Sequence record: DRR723986_5549
Direction: 5' to 3' (one strand)
Length of the DNA: 55,688 nt
The notes under the pieces were generated by a model that was not told where the DNA came from, made no database searches, and saw only the letters and a program-made list of their open reading frames with translations. The position numbers and the translations under genes are program-made. The number at the start of each line of letters is the position of its first letter. Positions within the stretch are counted from its first letter, which is position 1. This document shows positions 40,049 through 50,550 of the stretch, one piece after another.

Positions 40049-40816
40049 TTAAGCTATGTGACCGCCGTCCATGACAAGCGTTGTTCCGGTTGTAAAGGCC
40101 GCTGCATCAGAAGCCAGATAAAGCACACCACCAACCATGTCCTCGGGCTGACCAGCGCGCGGAATGGGGAAACTATCTGTGTGCGACTTCAACAGCTCGT
40201 CGTTAGCGGTAAATACTGCCGTCATTTTTGTGTCAACCAGTCCCGGGCATATTGCATTAACCCGAATACCGTCATGGCCGTACTCGCGCGCATAGGCCTT
40301 GGTCATGTTGATCATCGCGCATTTGGTCATGGAATAAATGCCCTGTAAATGGCCCGGTGTAATGCCGTTGATAGACGCGACATTAACGATTGCGCCACCG
40401 CCATTTGGCTTCATCATTTTCACAGCCTCTGCAGACAGGTAAAATGGCCCTTTCAGGTTCACATCAATGGTTTTATCAAAGGCAGCTTCAGGTGTGTCAC
40501 CGATCAACCCATAAAATGGATTGGTTCCACCGCAGTTAACCAGCACATCCAACCGGCCATATTCGGCTTGAATCCATTCGAATATTGCTTTTACATCTTC
40601 CATTCGGCCTGCATGCGCGGCCTTGGCAGTTGCTTTTCCGCCATCTGCACGAATGCTTTCGGCCACAACTTCACACGCGCCCTGATCACGGCTTGAAACA
40701 ATAACATCAGCGCCGTTAGCGGCAAACGCCCTTACAACAGCTTCGCCGATACCGCGCGATGAACCGCTGACAAAAACAACTTTACCCGTGAAATCCATTA
40801 ATTTTGTATAATCCAT
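40049..40816 (-). CDS. SDR family oxidoreductase (DHRS4-like)
   Basis: GSSRGIG, TNPFYG, VNLKGPF, QGIYSMTK, PGLVDTK. Confidence 0.88.
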   Translation of the reverse strand: MDYTKLMDFTGKVVFVSGSSRGIGEAVVRAFAANGADVIVSSRDQGACEVVAESIRADGGKATAKAAHAGRMEDVKAIFEWIQAEYGRLDVLVNCGGTNPFYGLIGDTPEAAFDKTIDVNLKGPFYLSAEAVKMMKPNGGGAIVNVASINGITPGHLQGIYSMTKCAMINMTKAYAREYGHDGIRVNAICPGLVDTKMTAVFTANDELLKSHTDSFPIPRAGQPEDMVGGVLYLASDAAAFTTGTTLVMDGGHIA

Positions 40817-40859
40817 TGTATTTCCTAGACTTTATATACTTTTTTAATATGGCGTAGCG

Positions 40860-41663
40860 CTAAACTGGGCGGCCTGTTTTTTCTATCTGATGACGGCGGA
40901 ACTTCCGCATGCCGCCAATCCAACGATCATAATCAGTGGCTTTATGCTTAAAGTAGCCCTCGACCTCCTCATGCGGCCTGATCATAAAACAACCATCCCG
41001 CATTTGTGCTAGAACTCGCCGGGCAAATTCATCGGCTTCCATCAAGCCGTCACCAGCTGCTGAGCTGTTTTCGGCGCCAGCTGTCATCTTAGATTTAACC
41101 GCCTGAGGGCATAGGGCCGCCACATACAAACCATCATCGCCGTGCGTAATGGCAAGGCTTTCAGCAAAACCAACAGCCGCGTGTTTTGTGGTGGAATATG
41201 AGATATCGCCTATTTGGCTAAGCAAGCCTGCCGCAGAGGCCGTAATGATGAAACCACAGCCGCCGCGCTCAAGCATACTTGGCAAAACGGCACGAAGAGC
41301 GTGTACATGGGCATGGACATTCACTTGCCAAATTTTTTCCCATTGGGCATTGGTTTGCTGCGTCGCCGTCCAACTGGGGGCGTCGGAAAAGAAAATGCCC
41401 GCGTTAGAGAAATACAGGTCAACTGGTCCGGCACGAGCGACCACATCATCAACCATCGCGCTTACAGCGGTTTCGTCTGTCACGTCCAGGCTATAAGCCT
41501 TTGCGCCATCGCCAATAGAAGCGGCAACTTCTTTAGCGCCGTTCGTGTCCATATCTGCTACCGCGATAAACTTGGCACCTTCAGCGGCATAGAGTTCCGC
41601 CATTGCTTTACCAATACCGCTGGCACCGCCCGTGATTACGATAACTTTATCTTTAACGTCCAT
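40860..41663 (-). CDS. SDR family oxidoreductase
   Basis: TGGASGIG, SNAGI, TASAAGLL, YSTTKH, LCPQ.V; start 41663, ORF track 41678. Confidence 0.88.
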   Translation of the reverse strand: MDVKDKVIVITGGASGIGKAMAELYAAEGAKFIAVADMDTNGAKEVAASIGDGAKAYSLDVTDETAVSAMVDDVVARAGPVDLYFSNAGIFFSDAPSWTATQQTNAQWEKIWQVNVHAHVHALRAVLPSMLERGGCGFIITASAAGLLSQIGDISYSTTKHAAVGFAESLAITHGDDGLYVAALCPQAVKSKMTAGAENSSAAGDGLMEADEFARRVLAQMRDGCFMIRPHEEVEGYFKHKATDYDRWIGGMRKFRRHQIEKTGRPV

Positions 41664-41714
41664 GAAACTCCCCAACAATCAACTACAAGGTTGCAACACA
41701 ACAGCGCGTGATAA

Positions 41715-42149
41715 TCACTCCGCCGTTTTTATAGTTTTCAACACAGATTTCATCTTCTCCGGTATTGATGTGGGGCGTCGGCTCGTCCTGTCCACATAAA
41801 CATGCACAAAAAAACCCTGTGCCGCTGGTAAGGCCTCGCCTTTTTTAAAAAGGCCGATCTCATAGCGCACGCTGCTGGTGCCAATGTGAGAAACAGCGAT
41901 ACCGGCTTCTATTTCATCTGGAAAAGACAATGGTGCAAAATATTTACAGCCCGTTTCCACCACAAGGCCGATGGTTTCGCCGTTCTCGATATCAAGAACG
42001 CCTTCTTCAATCAGGAAACCATTCACGGCAGTATCAAAAAAGCTGTAATAATTTACATTATTTATGTGGCCATAAACATCGTTGTCCATCCAACGCGTTA
42101 ATATAGTTCGGCGGCAAGAATATTCAAAAATTTCTATTTTTTCAGACAC
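41715..42149 (-). CDS. Acyl-CoA thioesterase (4HBT/YbgC hotdog family)
   Basis: TRWMDNDVYGHINNV.YYS.FDT, G.SSVRY, HVYVD; GTG start abuts the upstream stop. Confidence 0.9.
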   Translation of the reverse strand: MSEKIEIFEYSCRRTILTRWMDNDVYGHINNVNYYSFFDTAVNGFLIEEGVLDIENGETIGLVVETGCKYFAPLSFPDEIEAGIAVSHIGTSSVRYEIGLFKKGEALPAAQGFFVHVYVDRTSRRPTSIPEKMKSVLKTIKTAE

Positions 42150-43304
42150 TTACCATGCCTCTTGGTATATTTTAAGGGCATCAGATTCGCTTACATCGAC
42201 CGGGTTATTTACCAGTAAGCGCGACTGGTCCATTGCATCTGTCGCCAACATTGACAGGTCTTCTTGCCCAATCCGCATATCCCTCAAACGTCGTTCAATG
42301 CCGGTCGCTTCGGTAAGCTCTTCCAACCATTTGATAAAGGCGTCGGTTAGCTGCGCATCAGATGAACCTGCCAGGCCAACTGCAGTGGCCAGCTCAGCAT
42401 ATAAAGGCGCGGCTGTTGGTGCGTTAAACTTTAAAACATGCGGCAATACGAGTGAATTTGAATGCCCGTGCGGAATATGAAAACGACCGCCCAGCGGGTA
42501 GGCCAATGCATGTACCGCCCCCACAGGCGCATTCGCAAAAGCTTGGCCCGCGAGCATGGCGCCAGTTAGCATCGCTCTGCGTGCTTCAATGTCATTAGGG
42601 TTGTTGCAAGCTTCAACAATGTTGTTACCCAGCATTAGCAGTGCGCGTTTCGCCAATGTGTCTGAGATCAGGTTTTTCTTGATGCGCGAAGTATAGGCCT
42701 CAATGGCATGAACCATGGCATCAATGCCCGTGGCGGCCGTAACATGACGCGGCAAGCCTGTGGTTAAAGTCGCATCAATAATGGCTAGGTCAGCAAATAA
42801 GGCGCGATCAGAAACGCCCATTTTGGTATGCTCACCGGTTGTTACGACCGAAATTGGGGTTACTTCCGACCCAGTACCCGCCGTTGTAGGCACTAGAACG
42901 AGCGGCAGTCTGCTCGAGCACACTTTGCCGACACCATACATGTCGGGCAGTGCCTGCTCTCCTTTGGCGAGAATGGCCACCAACTTGGCTACATCCATTG
43001 AGCTGCCGCCACCAAAGCCAATAACAAGGCCAATATCAGCCTCAATAGCTATATTGGCGGCGTCAAGAATGATACTTTCTGCGGGGTCTGCAGCCACCTC
43101 GTCAAACACCCGCACTTCAAAACCGCTTTTGTTTAACGAATGAATCGCCGCATCAGCCAGGCCGAGCGCCATGATACCTTTGTCCGTGACCAAAAGTGTT
43201 TTGGTAGCGGTATATCTGTCAGACAAAATAGTCCCTAATTTTGCGGCGCTACCATCGTCCACCATGATGCTTGCTACACCATCAAATATGAAAGACTCAC
43301 TCAT
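42150..43304 (-). CDS. Iron-containing alcohol dehydrogenase
   Basis: VTD.G, GGGSSMD.AK, PTTAGTGSE, DA..HAIE, HAL, PHG..N. Confidence 0.93.
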   Translation of the reverse strand: MSESFIFDGVASIMVDDGSAAKLGTILSDRYTATKTLLVTDKGIMALGLADAAIHSLNKSGFEVRVFDEVAADPAESIILDAANIAIEADIGLVIGFGGGSSMDVAKLVAILAKGEQALPDMYGVGKVCSSRLPLVLVPTTAGTGSEVTPISVVTTGEHTKMGVSDRALFADLAIIDATLTTGLPRHVTAATGIDAMVHAIEAYTSRIKKNLISDTLAKRALLMLGNNIVEACNNPNDIEARRAMLTGAMLAGQAFANAPVGAVHALAYPLGGRFHIPHGHSNSLVLPHVLKFNAPTAAPLYAELATAVGLAGSSDAQLTDAFIKWLEELTEATGIERRLRDMRIGQEDLSMLATDAMDQSRLLVNNPVDVSESDALKIYQEAW

Positions 43305-43334
43305 AAGCTGTCCTTACAATTCACTACCAATCTA

Positions 43335-44786
43335 CTATTTAATGATCCGATCAACGTTTTTCTTAAGTTTGTCCGTGTATGGTGGTACCACACCAAGCAA
43401 ACGGCTGATGCTGGTTTTCGCAGGGTGCTTCAACACCGGCTTCATGTGGCTAAATTCTTTAAAGCCATCATAGCCATGATAGGTGCCAATCCCGCTGTTG
43501 CCAACGCCGCCAAAAGGCAAGCTATCGTGGCCGCCGTGATACAAAACATCATTCACTGTTACGCCGCCAGAAGTGGTTTTCGTCAGAACTTCCGTTTCTT
43601 CGGCGCTGTCAGTGCCAAAATAATAAAGGGCCAAAGGACGCTCATTCTGGTTCACATAGGACAGGACTTCATCTGTGCGTTCATAAGTTTTAACCGGCAA
43701 AATTGGCCCAAAAATTTCTTCCTGCATAACTTTCATATCATCGGTAGGATCCAAGATTAGCGCGGCCGGGAGTTTATTGCCCTGGTTTTGACCGGAGAAA
43801 TCTTCATCGGCCGGGTTAATGATACGAACGTCAGCACCCTTCTCGCGTGCATCTTCTATATAGCCTTCCAAGCGCTCTCGGTGGCGGCTTGAAATAATCG
43901 AGGTATATTGGTCATTCGCCAGCATGGTTGGATACATTTCGCTGACGGTTTTCGAATAGGCATCGACGAACTCATCGCGCTTGGCTTTTTTTACATTGAT
44001 GTAGTCTGGTGCCAGGCATATTTGCCCCGCATTCAGCAGCTTCATTGTTGCCACACGTTCAGCAACCATAGCCAAATCAGCACTTTCACCGGCTATTACA
44101 GGGCTTTTTCCACCCAGTTCCAATGTAACCGGCGTAAGGTTTTCCGCAGCTGCACGCATTATTAATTTGCCAACCACAGGTGCGCCGGTGAACATCAAAT
44201 GATCCCATTTTTGTCGCGCAAATGACTGGCTGGTTTCAACAGCGCCGTTAATTACCTTTACTTCCGTATCATCAAAATTTTCAGCAAAAACCTTGGCAAA
44301 CAGCGCCGACGTCAGCGGTGTATGTTCTGACGGTTTGATCACAACTCGATTGCCAGCCGCCAGCATCTGGGCAAGCGGTACAAAAACCATCGTCAATGGA
44401 AAATTCCAAGGTGTAATAAGCCCGACAACACCTTTAGGCTGTGGCACAACCTGTGCCTTGGCACCGAGCAACCCTAACGGAAACTGAAGTGAACGTTTTT
44501 CAGGCTTCATCCAGCCTGCAACATGCTTGATAGCGTCTTTAATAGCCCCTGCACTGGCACCGACATCAGCAAACAAGGTTGTATCGTCAGAGCGATTGCC
44601 AAAGTCTTCCGAGATAAGACGGATAAATTCTTGTTGGTTGTCGAGTAGGCATTTAAGCGCGCGCTTCAGTCTGTCTTTTCGAACTGCGAGACTTACCTGC
44701 CCCTCCGCCAGATAGGCGGCCCTTTGGCGCGTTAGAATGTCCGCAATGTCCTGCTCCGGTGTTTCAACATAATGCATTCCATCCAC
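43335..44786 (-). CDS. calB: Aldehyde dehydrogenase, coniferyl-aldehyde/ALDH3-like
   Basis: PKGVVG...PWNFP, KPSE, FTG, LELGGKSP, NAGQIC, EEIFGP, PFGGVG.SG.G.YHG; GTG start 44786 after AAGGAGAG, ORF track 44816; substrate uncertain. Confidence 0.8.
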   Translation of the reverse strand: MDGMHYVETPEQDIADILTRQRAAYLAEGQVSLAVRKDRLKRALKCLLDNQQEFIRLISEDFGNRSDDTTLFADVGASAGAIKDAIKHVAGWMKPEKRSLQFPLGLLGAKAQVVPQPKGVVGLITPWNFPLTMVFVPLAQMLAAGNRVVIKPSEHTPLTSALFAKVFAENFDDTEVKVINGAVETSQSFARQKWDHLMFTGAPVVGKLIMRAAAENLTPVTLELGGKSPVIAGESADLAMVAERVATMKLLNAGQICLAPDYINVKKAKRDEFVDAYSKTVSEMYPTMLANDQYTSIISSRHRERLEGYIEDAREKGADVRIINPADEDFSGQNQGNKLPAALILDPTDDMKVMQEEIFGPILPVKTYERTDEVLSYVNQNERPLALYYFGTDSAEETEVLTKTTSGGVTVNDVLYHGGHDSLPFGGVGNSGIGTYHGYDGFKEFSHMKPVLKHPAKTSISRLLGVVPPYTDKLKKNVDRIIK

Positions 44787-44890
44787 GACACTCTCTCCTT
44801 GATACAACCACAGCACAAATTCACCTTTAAACTAACGCTAAAAGGCTCGCGGTCAAAGGTTGCAGGTAAGAAAAACGCGTGGTTTAGGCT

Positions 44891-45487
44891 TTAGGGATAA
44901 ATTTCTTCCACATCCCAGCCTTGGCCTTGCTCGTTCAGGGTATATGTTTTGCGTTCATGAAGGCGGAATTTTCGATCGCGCCAAAATTCAAAATATTTCG
45001 GCACTACACGAAAGCCAGACCAGAAATCTGGTCGTGGCACTGTGCCCGTACCAAACTTGGCAGTGTAGCGGGCAATTTCAGCTTCAAATTCAAACCGGCC
45101 AGCCATCGGACGAGATTGTTTGGATGCCCATGCGCCAATTTGGCTCGCTCGAGGGCGCGATGTAAAATAGTTGTCAGCTTCTTCGTCGGTTACAACCTCA
45201 ACACGGCCCTCAATCCTAATTTGCCGACGCAGGGTTTTCCAATGAAATAGAAGCGCCGCATTGGGGTTCTGTAGCAATTCATTACCCTTACGGCTTTCGA
45301 AATTGGTGAAGAAGACGAACCCGCGCTCGTCAATGCCGCGCATTAGAACCATCCGCAAGCTAGGTAGTCCATCAGCGCTAACCGTTGCCAAGGCCATTGC
45401 GGTCGGGTCATTCACTTCCGACTCTTCAGCGTCCGCAAGCCATTGCTGGCTTTGTTCAAATGGGGTTTGAAAAGGTGCTTTTTGCAT
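44891..45487 (-). CDS. pdxH: Pyridoxamine 5'-phosphate oxidase
   Basis: AM.LATV, FFTN.ESRKG, RQ.RIEG, SRPR.SQIGAWASKQS, EFW...FRLHER. Confidence 0.97.
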   Translation of the reverse strand: MQKAPFQTPFEQSQQWLADAEESEVNDPTAMALATVSADGLPSLRMVLMRGIDERGFVFFTNFESRKGNELLQNPNAALLFHWKTLRRQIRIEGRVEVVTDEEADNYFTSRPRASQIGAWASKQSRPMAGRFEFEAEIARYTAKFGTGTVPRPDFWSGFRVVPKYFEFWRDRKFRLHERKTYTLNEQGQGWDVEEIYP

Positions 45488-45673
45488 TTTGACGTCCTTT
45501 TGCCAGCGCTTTTCTGCAGCTTAATATAAAAGAAACCAATTAGTACCATAAGAATAGTTTACAAATGCGCCATTTCGCCCCACCTATGTAAGGCAGCGAT
45601 TGCAGCATCGATTGTGTCTTGTGTATAGTGGCCTTAAAGGCCGAACAATAAGTTTTGTCAGCAGAAATAAACC

Positions 45674-46600
45674 ATGCAAAATCTTTACAATATTCTTGGT
45701 GTAAAAAAAATGGCGTCGCAAGCCGATGTGAAAAAGGCTTACCGGGCTTTAGCCAAGGAATTTCATCCAGATTTAAACAAAGATGATGAGAATATAGCTA
45801 ACAAATTTAAACAAGTCTCTGCTGCCTACGCCATACTCGGCGATGAAGAACAACGCGGGAGATATGACCGCGGTGAAATAGACGAAAACGGTAATGACAA
45901 AGCCCCATCATTTGGCCAAGGGTTTGGCGGCCGCTCTGCACCGGACTTTGATATGGAGGAAGCTGAAGGTGCTTTCTCTGACTTTTTCCGTTTTACGGGT
46001 GGTCGAGGCCGTCGTGGCACTTATGGCAAACACGGACCGAACCCTTACCAAAACAGTGCCCGCTCAAAAGGCCTTGATATCAAGTATGAAATTACCGTTG
46101 GCTTCGAAGAAGCGATCACAGGCGGCACAAGACGCGTAACACTTAATGACAATAAAAATGTCGATGTAAAAATTCCCGCTGGCATTAAAAACGGACAAGT
46201 TATTCGGCTTAGTGGTCAAGGTGGCCCGGGTTTAGGTGCTGCCCCAAAGGGGGATGCACTGGTTGAAGTTCATGTGGCAAAACATCCTTATTACAGGCGT
46301 GAAGGCAACGACATCCACTTGGAATTACCCATTTCATTCGATGAAGCTATTTTGGGTGGTGATATAAAAGTACCAACACCTAGGGGGAAACTCACAGTAC
46401 GAATCCCCAAAAATGCATCAAGCGGCAAGAAACTTCGCTTAAAGGGCAAAGGTGTTGAGACCAAAAATGGGACAGGTAATATGTATGTTGCTCTTAAAAT
46501 TATGGGACCAGAAACCCGCGACCCAAATTTAGAAAAAATAATAAAAACCTGGAGCGGCGGAAACGGGGATGAGTTGCGAAAAAAAGCAGGGCTAAATTGA
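45674..46600 (+). CDS. DnaJ-class J-domain chaperone without zinc finger (CbpA-like)
   Basis: Y.ILGV..KKAYR.LAK.FHPD, G/F-rich region, C-terminal KIPAG..RL.GQG, EA.LGG..VPT. Confidence 0.92.
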   Translation: MQNLYNILGVKKMASQADVKKAYRALAKEFHPDLNKDDENIANKFKQVSAAYAILGDEEQRGRYDRGEIDENGNDKAPSFGQGFGGRSAPDFDMEEAEGAFSDFFRFTGGRGRRGTYGKHGPNPYQNSARSKGLDIKYEITVGFEEAITGGTRRVTLNDNKNVDVKIPAGIKNGQVIRLSGQGGPGLGAAPKGDALVEVHVAKHPYYRREGNDIHLELPISFDEAILGGDIKVPTPRGKLTVRIPKNASSGKKLRLKGKGVETKNGTGNMYVALKIMGPETRDPNLEKIIKTWSGGNGDELRKKAGLN

Positions 46601-47484
46601 CTGACCAACTTCACACTTCGTTGCTCGACCGACACGCCTTCGCCTGGCGGCGCACGTTAAAGCAATTTGGCCGCAACCACGGCATGGCCGCGGCGGGCAA
46701 CATGGCATTCCTGACGATGCTGTCTCTGTTTCCCTTCATCATCTTTCTGGTCGCACTTTCCGGTTTCCTTGGTCAAACCGAGCGGGGTTTGGAAGCCATA
46801 ACCTTCTTATTTTCTGTGCTCCCACCCGAGGTATCGGCGGTTATTGACGGCCCCATAAAAGGTATTATTGCCAACACAGGGCCTAGAATTCTTACAGGTT
46901 CTATTCTTTTTGCTGTCTGGACAGCCGCGCTGGGTGTTGAAGCTGCAAGAGATGCTCTTATTAAGGCTTATGGTCGGCAAAACGCCAATGCTGCTTGGAT
47001 TAGAAGATTGGAAAGCCTTGCGATCATCATTTTTGGTGCCGTGTCAGTGCTTTTGGCTATGTCAGTACAAGTACTGGGGCCACCGCTTTTAATGGCGGCG
47101 GGTAATCATGTGCCTGATTTCGTCACTGGTGGTGTGGAAGTCTTATGGGGTTATCTAAGCCTTTTGGTCAGCCCTGCTCTCATCTTGCTAGGATTATATT
47201 CTATGTTCCTATCGCTAACACCGCGCAAGGTAAAAAAGGCCTCGCGCCTGCCCGGCACACTGTTCACATTGTTTGTTTTGCTGGCAACAGCGAAAGGCTT
47301 GTCTGTCTACCTAAAGTATGTCGACAATTATGACTTAACCTATGGCTCACTAGCAGGCGTTGTAATCCTTCAGTTATTTTGTTTTCTGGTAAGTATTGGC
47401 TTCGTAATTGGTGCAGAGCTAAATGCTTCATACACAGTTATGAACAAGCGCATGAGGCATGCGAAAGCCAAAGCCGTGAATTAA
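46597..47484 (+). CDS. YihY/BrkB family membrane protein
   Basis: AF..LSLFP, multiple TM segments, Y..YGSL.G, GAELNA; TTG start overlaps the upstream stop. Confidence 0.88.
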   Translation: MTDQLHTSLLDRHAFAWRRTLKQFGRNHGMAAAGNMAFLTMLSLFPFIIFLVALSGFLGQTERGLEAITFLFSVLPPEVSAVIDGPIKGIIANTGPRILTGSILFAVWTAALGVEAARDALIKAYGRQNANAAWIRRLESLAIIIFGAVSVLLAMSVQVLGPPLLMAAGNHVPDFVTGGVEVLWGYLSLLVSPALILLGLYSMFLSLTPRKVKKASRLPGTLFTLFVLLATAKGLSVYLKYVDNYDLTYGSLAGVVILQLFCFLVSIGFVIGAELNASYTVMNKRMRHAKAKAVN

Positions 47485-47585
47485 GCCAACTTTTAGATTG
47501 ATCCAACAAAAACAATATATAAGGTGCGCCTTGGTTCCAGCTATGGTACCAGAAAATGTTGAATTGAACCGTTAAGGGGGCAGGC

Positions 47586-48401
47586 ATGACAAAACTTATG
47601 GAAGGCAAACGTGGCCTTATCATGGGCGTTGCAAACGATAAATCAATGGCATGGGGAATTGCGCAAGCATGTGCTGAACAAGGGGCAGAATTAGCCTTTA
47701 CCTATGTTGGTGACGCCTTGAAAAAAAGGGTTGAACCCCTTGCAAGTTCACTGGGATCAGACTTTCTGGAAGACTGCAATGTTTCAGAAAGCGCTTCAAT
47801 TGATGCAATGTTCGAAAAATTAAACGCCAAATGGGACCGCCTTGATTTTATCGTCCATGCCATTGGCTACTCTGACAAAAGCGAACTTAAGGGCCGCTAT
47901 GTAGACACGTCGCTGGATAACTTCCTTATGACGATGAATGTATCTGCCTATAGCTTCGTTGCAGTTGCACAGCGCGCCGAAAAAATGATGACCAACGGCG
48001 GCAGCATGCTGACACTTAGCTACTATGGCGCCCAAAAAGTTGTCCCACGCTATAATGTTATGGGCGTTGCGAAAGCCGCACTGGAGGCCAGCACCCGCTA
48101 TATGGCGCGTGACTTGGGTGAGAAAAATATACGCGTAAATGCTATTTCAGCAGGCCCCATGAGAACACTGGCAGCGTCAGGCGTTGGTGATTTCCGTATG
48201 CTCTTGAAATACAACCAGAAAAATGCCCCTTTGAAACGAAATATTACGATGGATGATGTCGCTGGCGCAGGTCTGTATATGCTGTCAGATCTGTCTTCAG
48301 GTGTAACTGGCGAAATCCACTATGTTGACGGTGGCTTTAACACGACCTGTATGCCAACAGATGACGAGTCAATGAAACTGTTTGTTTCCAATATTGAGTA
48401 A
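47586..48401 (+). CDS. fabI: Enoyl-ACP reductase
   Basis: [43 protein letters not shown]. Confidence 0.97.
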   Translation: MTKLMEGKRGLIMGVANDKSMAWGIAQACAEQGAELAFTYVGDALKKRVEPLASSLGSDFLEDCNVSESASIDAMFEKLNAKWDRLDFIVHAIGYSDKSELKGRYVDTSLDNFLMTMNVSAYSFVAVAQRAEKMMTNGGSMLTLSYYGAQKVVPRYNVMGVAKAALEASTRYMARDLGEKNIRVNAISAGPMRTLAASGVGDFRMLLKYNQKNAPLKRNITMDDVAGAGLYMLSDLSSGVTGEIHYVDGGFNTTCMPTDDESMKLFVSNIE

Positions 48402-48415
48402 AGTTTGGATCCCCC

Positions 48416-49489
48416 ATGTCTTACAACACCTTTGGCCGCTTGTTTCGCTTTACCACATGGGGTGAAAGCCATGGGCCCGCTATTGGTTGCACTGTTGACG
48501 GCGTTCCACCAAAACTTGCGCTATCTGAGGCAGATATTCAGAAATATCTGGATGAGCGAAAGCCGGGCCAATCCAAATATACCACGCAGCGGAAAGAGCC
48601 GGACTCTGTTAAAATCTTATCGGGTGTATTTGACGGCCAAACCACAGGCACGCCTATCCAATTGATGATTGAAAATGTTGACCAACGGTCAAAAGATTAC
48701 GGCAACATTGCAAAAGCCTATAGGCCCGGCCATGCTGATTTCACCTATAACGCTAAATATGGCATTCGTGACTACCGCGGCGGCGGCAGATCCAGTGCAC
48801 GAGAAACCGCCATGCGGGTTGGCGCAGGCGCGATCGCCCGTAAAATTCTGGGCGAAACGATCACCATTAAAGCTGGCATGGTTCAAATGGGCCACCACGT
48901 TATAGACCGAGACAAGCTGGATTGGAGCGAGACGCGCAACAACCCCCTCTTTTGCCCAGACCCCGTGGCAGCCGATAAGTGGGCAAGTGAGTTAGACAAA
49001 ATTCGTAAATCAGGCAGTTCTGTTGGGGCAGTCATTGAAGTTGTTGCAGACGGTGTGCCTGCGGGTTGGGGTGCGCCGGTATACGGCAAGCTGGATGCGG
49101 ACCTGGCATCAGCTATGATGAGCATAAATGCCGCCAAGGGCGTTGAAATTGGTGCGGGTATGGGCGCAGCAGCCTTAACCGGTGAAGAAAATGCTGACCA
49201 AATGCGACCCGGCAGCGATGGCGCACCAACATTTTTGTCCAATAACGCGGGCGGTATCTTGGGTGGCATTTCTACGGGCCAACAAATTGTTGCCCGTTTT
49301 TCAGTTAAACCAACAAGTTCCATATTAACGCCGCGCCAGAGCATTACAGAAAACGGCGAAGCCACAGATGTAATGACAAAGGGACGTCATGATCCTTGTG
49401 TTGGTATTCGTGCCGTTCCAATCGCGGAAGCCATGATGGCAATTGTTCTGGCTGACCATTTGATGCTGCACCGCGCCCAGTGCGGTTAA
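48416..49489 (+). CDS. aroC: Chorismate synthase
   Basis: [44 protein letters not shown]. Confidence 0.98.
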   Translation: MSYNTFGRLFRFTTWGESHGPAIGCTVDGVPPKLALSEADIQKYLDERKPGQSKYTTQRKEPDSVKILSGVFDGQTTGTPIQLMIENVDQRSKDYGNIAKAYRPGHADFTYNAKYGIRDYRGGGRSSARETAMRVGAGAIARKILGETITIKAGMVQMGHHVIDRDKLDWSETRNNPLFCPDPVAADKWASELDKIRKSGSSVGAVIEVVADGVPAGWGAPVYGKLDADLASAMMSINAAKGVEIGAGMGAAALTGEENADQMRPGSDGAPTFLSNNAGGILGGISTGQQIVARFSVKPTSSILTPRQSITENGEATDVMTKGRHDPCVGIRAVPIAEAMMAIVLADHLMLHRAQCG

Positions 49490-49508
49490 ACTTTTTACCG
49501 AAGGAAAA

Positions 49509-50477
49509 GTGCAGATGCTGAAATGGTTAAAATATAGCCTTGGTATATTAGTCATTCTGAGTGCGCTTGTTGTTTATTGGGGCTGGGCATCCGATATCCC
49601 GCATGACACGCTCGCTGCCAAATACGCCACTGGCGCGTCTGAATTTGTTGAACTCCCTTCCGGCGCAACGGCGCATTTCAGAATGCAGGGCAATCGAAAT
49701 GGTAAAACCATTGTTCTCCTGCATGGGTCTAACTCGTCGCTTCACACGTGGGAACCCTGGGTTGATATTCTCTCTAAGGACCACTTCATAGTGACTGTAG
49801 ACCTGCCGGGCCACGGTTTAACCGGTGAAACACCGGCGGATGATTACACCTATCAGGGCATGACTGACTTCATGAAAGAGGTGACGGAAACCCTTGAGCT
49901 AAATAATTTTATTCTTGGTGGCAATAGCATGGGCGGCGGCATAACCCTTTCCTATACGCTTACCTACCCTGATGATGTCTCCGGCCTCATTCTTGTTGAT
50001 GCTTCTGGCACGCGTATGACATCGGCAGCGGCTGAAAAGGTTGATTACCCGCTGGCATTTGATCTGGCAGGCCGGTGGTATACAGATTGGATTTTCGAAA
50101 ATATCACCCCGCGCAGCTTGGCATCTGAAGGCCTAATGCAAAGTGTCAGCGTAAAAAATATCGTAACTGAAGAAGCCATTGACCGTTACTGGGAGCTAGT
50201 GCGCCGCCCCGGAAATCGCCGCGCCACCAGCCTGCGTTTTGCATGGTACCGAAGCCAAGAAGGCCGAAACTTACCCGTTCAGAATATCGATCAACCTGCC
50301 CTGATTTTATGGGGCGATGAAGACACTTTAATTCCCGTTGAAGTGGGACGTGCAATGCACGCACGCATGCCAAATAGCACCCTTAAAATATTCGAAGGGG
50401 TTGGCCACTTACCGATGGAAGAAGTGCCCGACAAGACCACCGCAGCAGTTCAAAAATTTCTTATGCAATTGCCATAA
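49509..50477 (+). CDS. Alpha/beta hydrolase with N-terminal membrane anchor or signal (lipase/esterase-like)
   Basis: LLHG, DLPGHG, GNSMGG, WG.ED, GH.P.EE. Confidence 0.88.
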   Translation: MQMLKWLKYSLGILVILSALVVYWGWASDIPHDTLAAKYATGASEFVELPSGATAHFRMQGNRNGKTIVLLHGSNSSLHTWEPWVDILSKDHFIVTVDLPGHGLTGETPADDYTYQGMTDFMKEVTETLELNNFILGGNSMGGGITLSYTLTYPDDVSGLILVDASGTRMTSAAAEKVDYPLAFDLAGRWYTDWIFENITPRSLASEGLMQSVSVKNIVTEEAIDRYWELVRRPGNRRATSLRFAWYRSQEGRNLPVQNIDQPALILWGDEDTLIPVEVGRAMHARMPNSTLKIFEGVGHLPMEEVPDKTTAAVQKFLMQLP

Positions 50478-50550
50478 ACATTTCTGCTATTATCTTGAAT
50501 TTCATAATAGACTTCCCACAAAATTAGCGTGGTAAAGAAAAGAACTAAAA

